64,000 bases of DNA from Minisyncoccota bacterium (GCA_036405175.1 DASWYC010000002.1:603373-667372), one strand, 5' to 3'; numbered from the stretch's first letter, positions 1 through 9,153 are shown. Notes: generated from the letters alone by a model not told the origin. Translations and numbers: made by a program.

Positions 1-1
1 A

Positions 2-1510
2 GTTGAGAGTCAAATTATTGAACGCCGCGAGAAAGGCTTAGTGCGCGATCCGATGCTTGATGTTGCGTATCAAGATCTTGAGCGTTTGCGTGATGAGCTT
101 CAGCAGTCAACAGAGCGCATGTTTAGTGTTGGGCTCTATATAACGCTCTATGCAGATACAGAAGCTGAACTGCAAAAAGCTGAAGATGAAATTAAATCAA
201 TGTTTGAAGAAAAGCTTATTTATATTAAGCCGGCAATTTTCCAACATGAATTTGGATTTAAGACCACTATTCCGCTTGGAATGGATACATTAAACGTGAC
301 CACCAATCTTAATACGGGTCCACTTTCCTCATTGTTTCCATTTATTTCAAGTGATTTGACTCAAAATAAAGGCATTTTGTATGGAATTAACCGTCACAAT
401 AACTCAATGATTTTGTTTGATCGCTTTACACAGCCAAACTATAATTCAGTAATTTTTGCAACGGCAGGAGCCGGAAAATCATTTGCTACCAAGCTTGAAG
501 TATTGCGTTCGCTTATTTTTGATACTGAGGTAATGATTATTGACCCAGAGCGTGAATATGAATTTCTTGCGAATGCAGTTGGTGGACGCTATATAAACAT
601 TTCTCTCTCTTCAGAGCACCACTTGAATCCATTTGATTTGCCAAAACCTCAGGAAGATGAAAATCCATCGGATGTGTTTCGTTCACATGTTATTAGTTTG
701 GTGGGACTATTTCGTATTTTACTTGGTGGATTAACGCCAGAAGAAGATTCTTTGGTTGATCGTGCACTTACCGAGACCTATGCGCTTCGTGATATTACCC
801 CAACAACTGACTTTATTAACAAAACACCACCACTTATTTCTGACTTTGAAATGGTGCTCGATAGTATGGAGGGAACCGAGTCGTTGTTGCGTCGTTTGAA
901 TAAATATACGCAGGGAACATGGTCAGGATTTTTAAATCAACCAACCAATGTGGCGCTTGATAATAAATTGGTAGTGTTTTCAATTCGTGATATGGAAGAA
1001 GAACTTAAACCAGCGGCAATGTATATTATTACGCATTTTATCTGGAATGCAGTTCGTCGCGAAATTAAAAAGCGCCTTTTGGTGGTAGACGAGGCATGGT
1101 GGATGATGAAGTCCGAAGATACAGCGTCATTCTTGTTTGGTATTGCAAAGCGTTGCCGTAAATATTATTTGGGACTTGCAACGATTACGCAAGACGTTGA
1201 AGATTTTCTTAAGTCTCCGTACGGAAAACCAATTATTTCCAACTCATCGATTCAGTTGTTGATGAAACAAGCACCAGCATCTATTGAATTGCTTCAACAA
1301 ACATTTAATCTTACGGATGAAGAGAAATTCTTGTTACTTGAATGTGGAAAAGGAGAGGGAATTTTCTTTGCAGGTAATCAGCATGCGGCAATTTCTGTTG
1401 TTGCATCGTATACTGAGGAGCAAATTGTTACTTCAGATCCATCACAGATTTTACGTATTAAAAACGAGCAACTACGCGCACGTTCATTGGAGCAAGAGAG
1501 GGTTTTTTAG
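2..1510 (+). CDS. virB4: VirB4/TrbE/CagE-family type IV secretion ATPase, C-terminal two-thirds (5' end lies outside window)
   Basis: Frame is open from base 2 (VESQIIERREKGL...). Walker A GAGKS, DEAWWMM Walker-B-like box, and conserved VirB4 C-terminal motifs are present. Stop at 1510. Confidence 0.8.
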   Translation, partial: VESQIIERREKGLVRDPMLDVAYQDLERLRDELQQSTERMFSVGLYITLYADTEAELQKAEDEIKSMFEEKLIYIKPAIFQHEFGFKTTIPLGMDTLNVTTNLNTGPLSSLFPFISSDLTQNKGILYGINRHNNSMILFDRFTQPNYNSVIFATAGAGKSFATKLEVLRSLIFDTEVMIIDPEREYEFLANAVGGRYINISLSSEHHLNPFDLPKPQEDENPSDVFRSHVISLVGLFRILLGGLTPEEDSLVDRALTETYALRDITPTTDFINKTPPLISDFEMVLDSMEGTESLLRRLNKYTQGTWSGFLNQPTNVALDNKLVVFSIRDMEEELKPAAMYIITHFIWNAVRREIKKRLLVVDEAWWMMKSEDTASFLFGIAKRCRKYYLGLATITQDVEDFLKSPYGKPIISNSSIQLLMKQAPASIELLQQTFNLTDEEKFLLLECGKGEGIFFAGNQHAAISVVASYTEEQIVTSDPSQILRIKNEQLRARSLEQERVF

Positions 1511-1513
1511 ATT

Positions 1514-1617
1514 GATTTATAAAAGACAGCGGGCTCTATCGGCCCTACGCTCGCGGTCTGATATATTCGCACGTACGTGCTCATTATCAGCCACTGCGCG
1601 ACTGTCTTTTATAAATC
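1514..1617. repeat. Long nested inverted repeat. Outer stem is 16 bp (gatttataaaagacag / ctgtcttttataaatc). Inner palindromes ctgata/tatcag and gcacgtacgtgc.
   Basis: Read directly in the sequence. Begins 4 nt after the virB4 stop. The track ORF 1284..1655 spans it and is probably spurious. Confidence 0.6.
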
Positions 1618-1701
1618 AAACTGAAGTTTCTTTAATTAAAACTTCACACTCTTAGAAAAAAAATCAGGTTTACAAAGATTACATACTATATAATAAAAAG
1701 A

Positions 1702-2127
1702 ATGAAACATGAAGTGCCACAATTTATTGATGTGAAAGATAAAGTAATCGGACCATTTACGTTTGATCAATTTCTGTATTTGTTAGGAGGTGGAGCACTC
1801 GCATATTTGAGTTTTCGTTTTATTATGCAGCCATTTGGATTTTTAGTTGCTGCTGCATTGGTTGGTCTTGCCGCAATGTTGGCGTTTTATAAAGTAAATA
1901 ATCGTCCATTTATTGATTTTCTTGCATCACTCGTCTCATATTACACGCGCGATCGATCATACTCATGGAAAAAACAAGAACAAAAAGCTGATCAAAAGAA
2001 AGTTGAAGTATCCACACCAGTATCTTTAGAACCTCAAACACGGTATGATATTACTACAGTAGCTCAAGGACTCGACGTTCTTGATCGAAGTCACGAATAT
2101 GAGCATCGCAACACAACAGTTTATTGA
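1702..2127 (+). CDS. Small 2-TM membrane protein, T4SS-associated by position (VirB3/PrgI-like role possible)
   Basis: 141 aa with two hydrophobic helices (LYLLGGGALAYLSF..., FLVAAALVGLAAMLAF). It sits between two VirB4-related ORFs. Confidence 0.5.
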   Translation: MKHEVPQFIDVKDKVIGPFTFDQFLYLLGGGALAYLSFRFIMQPFGFLVAAALVGLAAMLAFYKVNNRPFIDFLASLVSYYTRDRSYSWKKQEQKADQKKVEVSTPVSLEPQTRYDITTVAQGLDVLDRSHEYEHRNTTVY

Positions 2128-2731
2128 TATCAAAGAAATTCGCGATGGAGTAGTTATCTTACGCGATGGTTCTATGAAGTCAGTAATCATGACGAGCTCA
2201 ACCAACTTGGCGCTTAAATCTGCTGATGAGCAGCGTGCAACATTAATGAACTTTCAATCATTCCTTAATTCGCTTGAATATTCAACAGAAATTTTGGTGC
2301 AATCACGCAAGCTTGATATTTCTCCATATCTTGAAACGCTACAAGAACAAACTCGTAAAATTACCAATGATCTTTTGCGCATCCAATCACGAGAATACAT
2401 CGATTTTATTCAACTTTTAGGTGAGCGCATGAACCTAGTTACTAAATATTTTTACGTAACAATCTCATATTTTCCTTCATTTTTAACGCAAAATAAGAAG
2501 GGGGTGATTAATAATATTACAAGTGCGCTTACGGGGCCGGGGGATCAGCAGATGTCATACGAGGCATTTCAGGTAGAAAAAGCGCAATTAGACCAAAGAA
2601 CAGCCGTAATCGTGGGTGGTTTGGAGCGTATGGGACTTACTTCAAAGGCCTTAAATACCGAAGAACTCATTGTTTTATATCAAAATGTCTATAATCCTGG
2701 ACAGACCCAAAAAGCAATTTCTCAAAAATAG
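2081..2731 (+). CDS. Standalone VirB4 N-terminal-domain-like protein (216 aa), possibly a remnant or split copy
   Basis: The N-terminus QQFIDIKEIRDGVVILRDGSMKSVIMTSSTNLALKSADEQRATLMNFQSFL matches the characteristic start of Gram-positive-type VirB4/TcpF/Orf16 ATPases. No ATPase domain follows. Overlaps the previous ORF by 47 nt. Confidence 0.5.
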   Translation: MIEVTNMSIATQQFIDIKEIRDGVVILRDGSMKSVIMTSSTNLALKSADEQRATLMNFQSFLNSLEYSTEILVQSRKLDISPYLETLQEQTRKITNDLLRIQSREYIDFIQLLGERMNLVTKYFYVTISYFPSFLTQNKKGVINNITSALTGPGDQQMSYEAFQVEKAQLDQRTAVIVGGLERMGLTSKALNTEELIVLYQNVYNPGQTQKAISQK

Positions 2732-2767
2732 CCTTTAAAATAAGGCTACTTTTAGTACTCTTGACAC

Positions 2768-2796
2768 TTGACTTTAATATTGGATTATGATATAAT
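2768..2796 (+). promoter_or_regulatory. Sigma70-type promoter TTGACT-N17-TATAAT with extended TG
   Basis: ttgact at 2768..2773, tataat at 2791..2796, tg two nt upstream of the -10. It lies 80 nt upstream of the 2878 ORF. Confidence 0.6.
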
Positions 2797-2877
2797 ATAT
2801 ACAAATTTTTTACAAACAGTGTTCTTGATCCACACAACGGACAATAAGAACTCAAAAAACCTTAAATATATCAAATC

Positions 2878-4515
2878 ATGTTAAGAAAATTCTTTTTGTT
2901 GCTTCTCCCTCTAATGGGGTTGATGGAGCTAATCGCTGTTAAAAGTCTTTTTGCGCAAGCCCCGCTCGGTATAACAAAAAAAGACGGAAAAGATAGATAT
3001 TTGTATGTTGATAGCCCAAAATTCGACAAAGTTGTCGAAGTTGACGGGTTCTACAGCCAAAATGAAATTACCCCCGGAACTTCGCCACAAGACGTAGTTA
3101 AGGGAAATAGCGCTTTGGCTATAGGTAGCGTCCAAGGTCTCATGTGGACATTTCCTGATGGCAAAAAGTTTCCGGTAAACCAAATCCCGTTTAAAAACGA
3201 GATTTCGGCAGGAAGTAGGCCGATGACTCGCACAGTTCTTTTGTTAGATAAGGCCAAAGTTATTTATGTGAAGGAGACAGGTCAACCGCTCTATATAGCT
3301 GACTGCAATCGTTGCACTGCAAATTGTGATGATGAAGCTAAGGCAGTATGGAAAAACAGACCAAACCGTCTTCGCATGGTAGACAATGAAGCCTATTGGC
3401 GAGAGTTTATTGGTTTGGTGACCAGTCAAACACAAGGAGGTCCGTCTGGTGTTGTTACTGATGAAGGTCAGGGTAAGGTTGTTGTTATTCAAAATAATAC
3501 AACACCCCCGCCTACCAATAATCCTACAACCCAACAAACAGGACTGATTACTCAAGCGTCTGGCATGGGTTTGGTTGACTACTTTGCAGCTCTTGAATTG
3601 GCGCGCATTGAGGATGTTAAAAGACTCATGCATGAAAATATCGTCATTGATATGAATGGAAAGAATGCTGGACTTGCAGCACAATATCGTGCACAGGTAC
3701 GTGTCTTTGATGGGGTTGGACAGGCACCACAACAAGGTTCCATGATTACAACTTCTGTTTATGCTCAGCAACAAGGTCAGGGAAGAATGTATAGTGCTGA
3801 AGAAGTACAAAATATTCTTGCTCAACAAAACCAGCAGGCACAGAGAGACGATTATTGGAGGCAGCTTGAGTTTCAAGAAAATAAGAAGGCTCGCAACTGG
3901 GCTATCGGGACATCGATAGTTGGAACTCTTGGGCAACTTTTTATAGGAGGGATGGGTCTTTATCAGACAAATCAATTCTATAAAGCCATGGCTGGAGGAG
4001 TCGGATACAGTGGCTCTTCATCTGGTTATGGGCAAACACCTGCTATCAATATTTACAATAACAATAGTAATAAAAATAGCAACAATAACCCATTTAACTG
4101 GACACCTGCGCCTCCTTCGCAACCAAATACAGGAGGTAAGCCAAACAATCCTACAAGACCTCCATGGGTGAATCAGCATGAAAATTGGATGCCAAATGTA
4201 GGTGGACCTCTTTGGCAAGGAGATCCCTCATACAGACGTCCATGGACAAAATCCTCAGATGGACTTTGGGTTACTCCGGCCAATAACGGTCGAATCGGAT
4301 ACAACGATTTAGGTGAACCAGTAAAAGTAAATTATACGGATCCCGCTGCATATACGTGGCAAAACCCATATAATTCAACAGGTGTTACTCCAATTGGAAG
4401 TAATACCCAGGTTAAATGGGGTCAACCTGATAGCAACGGAAGCTTTTTTATTCCGCCAGTTACTACAACTGGAAATGGTAACTATATTCCACCCAAATCC
4501 AATTGGGGGAATTAA
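2878..4515 (+). CDS. Secreted low-complexity protein, Q/N/P/G/T-rich (545 aa)
   Basis: N-terminal signal peptide MLRKFFLLLLPLMGLMELIAVKSLFAQA. Long prion-like N/Q/P/G stretches follow (NNTTPPPTNNPTTQQTG; NNNSNKNSNNNPFNWTPAPPSQPNTGGKPNNPTRPP). Confidence 0.65.
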   Translation: MLRKFFLLLLPLMGLMELIAVKSLFAQAPLGITKKDGKDRYLYVDSPKFDKVVEVDGFYSQNEITPGTSPQDVVKGNSALAIGSVQGLMWTFPDGKKFPVNQIPFKNEISAGSRPMTRTVLLLDKAKVIYVKETGQPLYIADCNRCTANCDDEAKAVWKNRPNRLRMVDNEAYWREFIGLVTSQTQGGPSGVVTDEGQGKVVVIQNNTTPPPTNNPTTQQTGLITQASGMGLVDYFAALELARIEDVKRLMHENIVIDMNGKNAGLAAQYRAQVRVFDGVGQAPQQGSMITTSVYAQQQGQGRMYSAEEVQNILAQQNQQAQRDDYWRQLEFQENKKARNWAIGTSIVGTLGQLFIGGMGLYQTNQFYKAMAGGVGYSGSSSGYGQTPAINIYNNNSNKNSNNNPFNWTPAPPSQPNTGGKPNNPTRPPWVNQHENWMPNVGGPLWQGDPSYRRPWTKSSDGLWVTPANNGRIGYNDLGEPVKVNYTDPAAYTWQNPYNSTGVTPIGSNTQVKWGQPDSNGSFFIPPVTTTGNGNYIPPKSNWGN

Positions 4516-4545
4516 AAATTAAATTTAGTGTTTTACCATAAAAGG

Positions 4546-4576
4546 GCCATCTCATAGGAGATGGCTTATTTTTTTG
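4546..4576 (+). terminator. Rho-independent terminator
   Basis: gccatctc-atag-gagatggc followed by a T run, 30 nt after the stop at 4515. Confidence 0.7.
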
Positions 4577-4737
4577 TCTAAAAGTAGGGGGTACGCAGCC
4601 TTAGATATAAATATATGTAGCTGAGGCATGTTAAAATCTAACAAGAGACCAGTCGCTTTCCAAAAGTTGAGCGGAAACACCTCAGAAATGGCCAGTAAAA
4701 TAAGTCAAAACTAAACATGAAAACATAATTAAATCAT

Positions 4738-4766
4738 TTGACAAAATTGTCAATATATGATATATT
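4738..4766 (+). promoter_or_regulatory. Promoter TTGACA-N17-TATATT (TG-extended); the -35 lies inside the perfect palindrome ttgacaaaattgtcaa
   Basis: ttgaca 4738..4743, tg 4758..4759, tatatt 4761..4766. The palindrome 4738..4753 is a 7-2-7 inverted repeat overlapping the -35. Confidence 0.55.
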
Positions 4767-4827
4767 TCACCTAGTCATGAAAGTGACTGCTAAATCACAC
4801 AGTTTTATCAACTATAATGAATAATGT

Positions 4828-7800
4828 ATGAAAAAATTTATCTTAGGTTTGGTGTTCGTGGGAATTACCTTTTTGGGAGCCCAACATGCCAACGCACAAG
4901 TTTTTAATACCTATCCTGGAGATTGTCCAACAATCGGAGTAACTACGCTTGCTAATGCAAGTAATGGTTGTCGAGACTCTTCTATTGATGGTGTAAATCC
5001 TGGAGATATCCTTATTGTAGGGGTATATTTTCACAATACTTCACCAATCGATACAAGCGCAATCGTAAGAATGTCAGACCTCCAAGGAGGATCTGGTAAG
5101 TCTGTTCCTATATACGGAACCATTCAGCCAGCAGATGGTGCAGGGGCTGGTGGGCAAGGAATGGTGCATTTTAGTCAGACATCACGTCTTGAATATATGT
5201 ACACTAAAGTGTACTGGAATGGTCGTGATTTTGGTGGCGGTGGTGTTGAAACCGACCGTACCGGACGCGTATTTACCAGTGGAGAACCTCTCTATCTTGT
5301 TCCTGGAATGTGTTCAAATTGTGCCGATAAATTCATCGATCAGGGTGTTGTAAAAGCATATTATCGTGTTATTGGTCTTGATGCTGCCCCAATTGAGGAG
5401 GCTCCACAGTGGAATACTAACGGATATCCGCGTGTTGTATGTGCTGGAAACAACAATGGAACCGTTACGGTAAAAGCTTTTGGAAATGGAAAGCAAGTTC
5501 AATTTAAGAACTACTTTAATGATAATTGGGTAAATGAATCAGGAAATAACGAATATACTTGGTATAACGTTCCAAACGGAACATATAACACCGCAGTTCG
5601 CTTTGCGGGTTCAGGTAATTCACGTGGAGGTTCATTCCAAGTAAATTGTAATGTTAATAATCCAAACCCTGATCCAGATCCAGGAAATCCACCAAGCGGA
5701 AATTTTGAAAACTTTAAGGTAAAAAATAATACAACCTCTGATGGAATTGTGATTCGTTACACCAGCCCAAGCGGAGATAAGACTTTTGGTCTTAGTGGAA
5801 GTTCTGCTGGCGATGGAAGTCATATTAGTCCATGTATTACTGGTATCAAATCATCAGTAGTAAAAATCAGTGGAGTATCTTGGGCTTCATTTAGTATTAT
5901 TTCGTGTGATGGCGGTCCTTCAAATCCTAATCCAGATCCAGAGCCTCAACAAGGAACTCCTGAGTGGAATACCAATGGGTATCCTCGTGTAATTTGTAAT
6001 AACAATGGAACTGCAAACGTTACTATCAAAGCATATGGAAACGGAAAGCAGGTTCAGTTTAAGCATTACAGCAACGGTTCTTGGGTAACCGAGACAGGAA
6101 ATAATGAATATACATTCTATAATGTTCCTTCTAAATCGGGAGTATATACCACAGGAGTTCGTTTTGTTGGTTCAACTAATGAACGTCAAGGATTCTTTGC
6201 AGTAAGCTGTAACGATCAAGGGCCTACTAATCCCGAGCAAGCTCCTGACTGGAATGTAAATGGATATCCACGTGTGGTATGTAATACTAACGGAACTGCA
6301 ACAGTAACCGTTAAGGCATATGGAAATGGAAAACAAGTACAATTCCGTAACTACAACAACAATAACTGGGTAACTGAAACCGGAAACAACGAATATACCT
6401 GGTATAACGTTCCTTCTCGATCACAGGCATACGCAACTGCTGTTCGCTTTGTTGGTCAAACTGCTGAGCGCGCGGGATACTTTGCCGTAAATTGTAATGA
6501 TGAAGGTCCAACCAATCCAACTAACCAGTGTGCTATTTCTGATGCAAACTGGGATACTGCCGGTTATCCTCGCGTAGAATTCCTTTCTGCTACTTCAAAT
6601 GATGTAAGTGTAATTGTAAAAGCAAAGAATACTGGCGGAAAAACCGTTGAATTCTTTAACGCAGCAACACAGCGCTATGAAGTTGCTAACATGAGTGATA
6701 ATCGTATTATCTGGTCAAATATTATTGCTACCTGGCCAATCGCTGGGCAAAATGGAAACAAGAAATTGTACAGCACCTGGTTGCGATTCCAAGGATGTAC
6801 TGAGCGTGTACAAGGATGGTTTGAGGTAACTCCTCGCGAAGTTAGTGATAACACCACTAAACCAAGCGTAGAGACCCGTAGCCCAGAAGATGTATCACGT
6901 AACTCAGCAACTATTGTTGGAAACTTGCTTTCAAAGGGAGGTCTTTCAACTCAAACATACTTGTATTGGGGACGTCGTCAGGGAAGCACCTGTACCGCAT
7001 CGGATCTTATTTATAAGACTCCAGAAACCACCAACGCTAATACTGGAACCTTTAGTCGCTACATCTCAGGACTCTCAGCTGATACCTGGTATTGTTACCA
7101 AGCCGCAGCATCAAATAATAAGGGAGAAGTGAAGGGTGACATTCGTTCATTCAAAACAACTACTGATTACACACCAAGTGATGTAATTCGTATTGAAACT
7201 ACGTCAGCAACTAACATCTCTTCAGAATACGCAACACTTCGTGGAGAAGTAGTTGATACTGGAGATGCTAATACTGTTCGTACATGGTTTGAATTTGGAA
7301 ACAGCTCTAGTACCGTATCAAACGGAAATGGAACTCGCTACTCTGTATCAGGGGACTTCTATCGTGGAAATTCAATTTCACGTAGCGTAAGTGGACTTCA
7401 GCGAGGAACTCGCTACTACTTCCGTGCGTGTGGAGAAAACACTGTAGGTCAACAAGACTGTGGAGATGTTCTCAGCTTTGTTACTGAAGGAAATAACTCA
7501 ACTATTCAAGTTGATACCGAACAAGAATCAGATGTAAGCTATACTGCTGCTCGTATGCATGGACGTGTACGCGAAACTGGACGAAGCACTCGTCTTCGTA
7601 CTTGGTTTGAGTACAGCACCTCAGAAAACAATGTATACAACGGAAATGGATCACGTATCTATCTTGATAACAACTATGGATACTCACAAGGTCAGTCATT
7701 CTCACAAATGGTAACCGGTTTGCAAAGTAATACTCGTTACTTCTACCGCGCTTGTGGAGATAATACCGAAGGGGAGCGTGACTGTGGTGATGTTGAATCA

Positions 7801-8934
7801 TTTGTAACGCTTTCAAATAACTACAATCCAGTTCAACCAGAACGCCTTGGAACATTGGTTACTACACTTGCTGCAAGTTCAGTACGTCAGTACAATGCTC
7901 GCTTGAATGGATCATTCAATGCTCGTGATTGTTCTTCTGAATTGTGGTTTGAATACGGACGCACCAGCTCTCTTGGAGAAGTGGTAAATATTGGAACTCG
8001 TTCAGCATATGATCGTGGAGTGGTTTCTGCTGATATCTCAGGATTGAAGCCAAACACCACCTACTACTTCCGCATTGTTGGAAGTGGCTGTGGATCAATT
8101 GTTCGTGGAGCTACCAAGACCTTTAAGACTCCAAAAACTACCACAACCGTAGTAAATCCTCCTGTCAAACAAAAACCAGTAGTAAAAGTTATTCAAGTTA
8201 AGGAAGACGTAAATGTTGCTGCAGAAAGCATCTGTTCTCCTGATCTTGATCTTAAGATTGATAACAATCGTGATACTATTGGAAACCGTGAAGAATTTGA
8301 TTACGTAATTACCTATCAAAATCTTACGCAAACATACGTGCTCCGCGATATTGAAATGCAGGTAGAAATTCCTCCACAGCTTGAATTTGTAAGCTCATCA
8401 CGAGGAACCTACAACAAGGCATCTCACTCTCTCTTTATTTCACGCATGGATCTTAATCCATCACAGCGTGAGACATTCACCGTAACGGTGCGTGCTAAGA
8501 AGGGATTGGTAGAAGGTGATCTTATTGTTGCATCAGCAACTGCATCATTCATCAGTCCAACTACCGGAATCAACGATAGTTCAACCGACTTTGATTCTGA
8601 TGAATACTTGAATTCTCGTAATTCTAATGGATCATCAGACAATAGTAGTGATCGTTCACTATTTGGAAGTTCAGATAATGGTGGAAATGGATTCCTTCCA
8701 TCAAGTCTTGTTGGATGGTTGTCACTTATCTTCTTGGTATTCCTCTTCATTGCAGCACTTCGCTGGCTCTGGTTTGGAAAGAAGGGAAATGAATACAACT
8801 ATGCCTACGGACCATACGGAGTTCCTCCAACCAACAATGTGTATGGCGCACCGGTACAACCTGTAGCACCCGTTGCTCCGGTTCAACCAGTTCAGCCAAT
8901 CTACGTTCCATTTAATCCAAATCAACCAAGATAA
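4828..8934 (+). CDS. Giant cell-surface protein (1368 aa): signal peptide, 3-4 tandem ~95-aa modules, ~5 Fn3-like modules, DUF11-like repeat domain, C-terminal TM anchor and Pro-rich tail
   Basis: Signal peptide MKKFILGLVFVGITFLGAQHANA. WNTNGYPRV...GNGKQVQF...GNNEYT.YNVP...VRF.G...CN is repeated three times with PNPDPDP linkers. Repeated W(F/Y)E(F/Y)G...YY(F)R..G.N..G..DCGDV.SF.T modules follow. TM helix GWLSLIFLVFLFIAAL, then an APVQPVAPVAPVQPVQP tail. Confidence 0.8.
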   Translation: MKKFILGLVFVGITFLGAQHANAQVFNTYPGDCPTIGVTTLANASNGCRDSSIDGVNPGDILIVGVYFHNTSPIDTSAIVRMSDLQGGSGKSVPIYGTIQPADGAGAGGQGMVHFSQTSRLEYMYTKVYWNGRDFGGGGVETDRTGRVFTSGEPLYLVPGMCSNCADKFIDQGVVKAYYRVIGLDAAPIEEAPQWNTNGYPRVVCAGNNNGTVTVKAFGNGKQVQFKNYFNDNWVNESGNNEYTWYNVPNGTYNTAVRFAGSGNSRGGSFQVNCNVNNPNPDPDPGNPPSGNFENFKVKNNTTSDGIVIRYTSPSGDKTFGLSGSSAGDGSHISPCITGIKSSVVKISGVSWASFSIISCDGGPSNPNPDPEPQQGTPEWNTNGYPRVICNNNGTANVTIKAYGNGKQVQFKHYSNGSWVTETGNNEYTFYNVPSKSGVYTTGVRFVGSTNERQGFFAVSCNDQGPTNPEQAPDWNVNGYPRVVCNTNGTATVTVKAYGNGKQVQFRNYNNNNWVTETGNNEYTWYNVPSRSQAYATAVRFVGQTAERAGYFAVNCNDEGPTNPTNQCAISDANWDTAGYPRVEFLSATSNDVSVIVKAKNTGGKTVEFFNAATQRYEVANMSDNRIIWSNIIATWPIAGQNGNKKLYSTWLRFQGCTERVQGWFEVTPREVSDNTTKPSVETRSPEDVSRNSATIVGNLLSKGGLSTQTYLYWGRRQGSTCTASDLIYKTPETTNANTGTFSRYISGLSADTWYCYQAAASNNKGEVKGDIRSFKTTTDYTPSDVIRIETTSATNISSEYATLRGEVVDTGDANTVRTWFEFGNSSSTVSNGNGTRYSVSGDFYRGNSISRSVSGLQRGTRYYFRACGENTVGQQDCGDVLSFVTEGNNSTIQVDTEQESDVSYTAARMHGRVRETGRSTRLRTWFEYSTSENNVYNGNGSRIYLDNNYGYSQGQSFSQMVTGLQSNTRYFYRACGDNTEGERDCGDVESFVTLSNNYNPVQPERLGTLVTTLAASSVRQYNARLNGSFNARDCSSELWFEYGRTSSLGEVVNIGTRSAYDRGVVSADISGLKPNTTYYFRIVGSGCGSIVRGATKTFKTPKTTTTVVNPPVKQKPVVKVIQVKEDVNVAAESICSPDLDLKIDNNRDTIGNREEFDYVITYQNLTQTYVLRDIEMQVEIPPQLEFVSSSRGTYNKASHSLFISRMDLNPSQRETFTVTVRAKKGLVEGDLIVASATASFISPTTGINDSSTDFDSDEYLNSRNSNGSSDNSSDRSLFGSSDNGGNGFLPSSLVGWLSLIFLVFLFIAALRWLWFGKKGNEYNYAYGPYGVPPTNNVYGAPVQPVAPVAPVQPVQPIYVPFNPNQPR
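5401..6528 (+). repeat. Intragenic tandem DNA repeats (~285 nt, approximate copies at 5401..5690, 5955..6240, 6241..6528)
   Basis: The near-identical protein modules imply a nucleotide repeat. Copies 2 and 3 are directly adjacent. Confidence 0.6.
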
Positions 8935-8959
8935 TTAAATAGAACTAAATAAGAGAAAA

Positions 8960-8990
8960 GAGGCGCGACCTTCGGTCGCGCCTCTTTTCA
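8960..8990 (+). terminator. Rho-independent terminator
   Basis: gaggcgcgacc-ttcg-ggtcgcgcctc followed by ttttca. Confidence 0.8.
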
Positions 8991-9153
8991 TGTCCATTCA
9001 AAACCATGTTGCAAAATTAAAAAGTACCTGGCACAATATGAATGACCTCGATAAGTGAAGAAAAGGTTATACATTAAAAAACGACAACAAGGCTGATGCG
9101 CGTATTGCATCGGTCTTTTTGTTTATCTTAACAAAGTTTGGTATTCTAAAAAC

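Noticed and set aside
1284-1655. 123-aa ORF in the ORF track overlapping the virB4 3' end and the long palindrome
   Set aside because: It lies in a different frame inside virB4 and reads through the 104-nt inverted repeat. The Arg/Ser/Leu-rich translation is typical of a spurious frame.
3244-3975. 243-aa minus-strand ORF inside the 2878..4515 gene
   Set aside because: The sense ORF has a signal peptide and a promoter. The antisense translation is Leu/Ser/Cys-rich nonsense.
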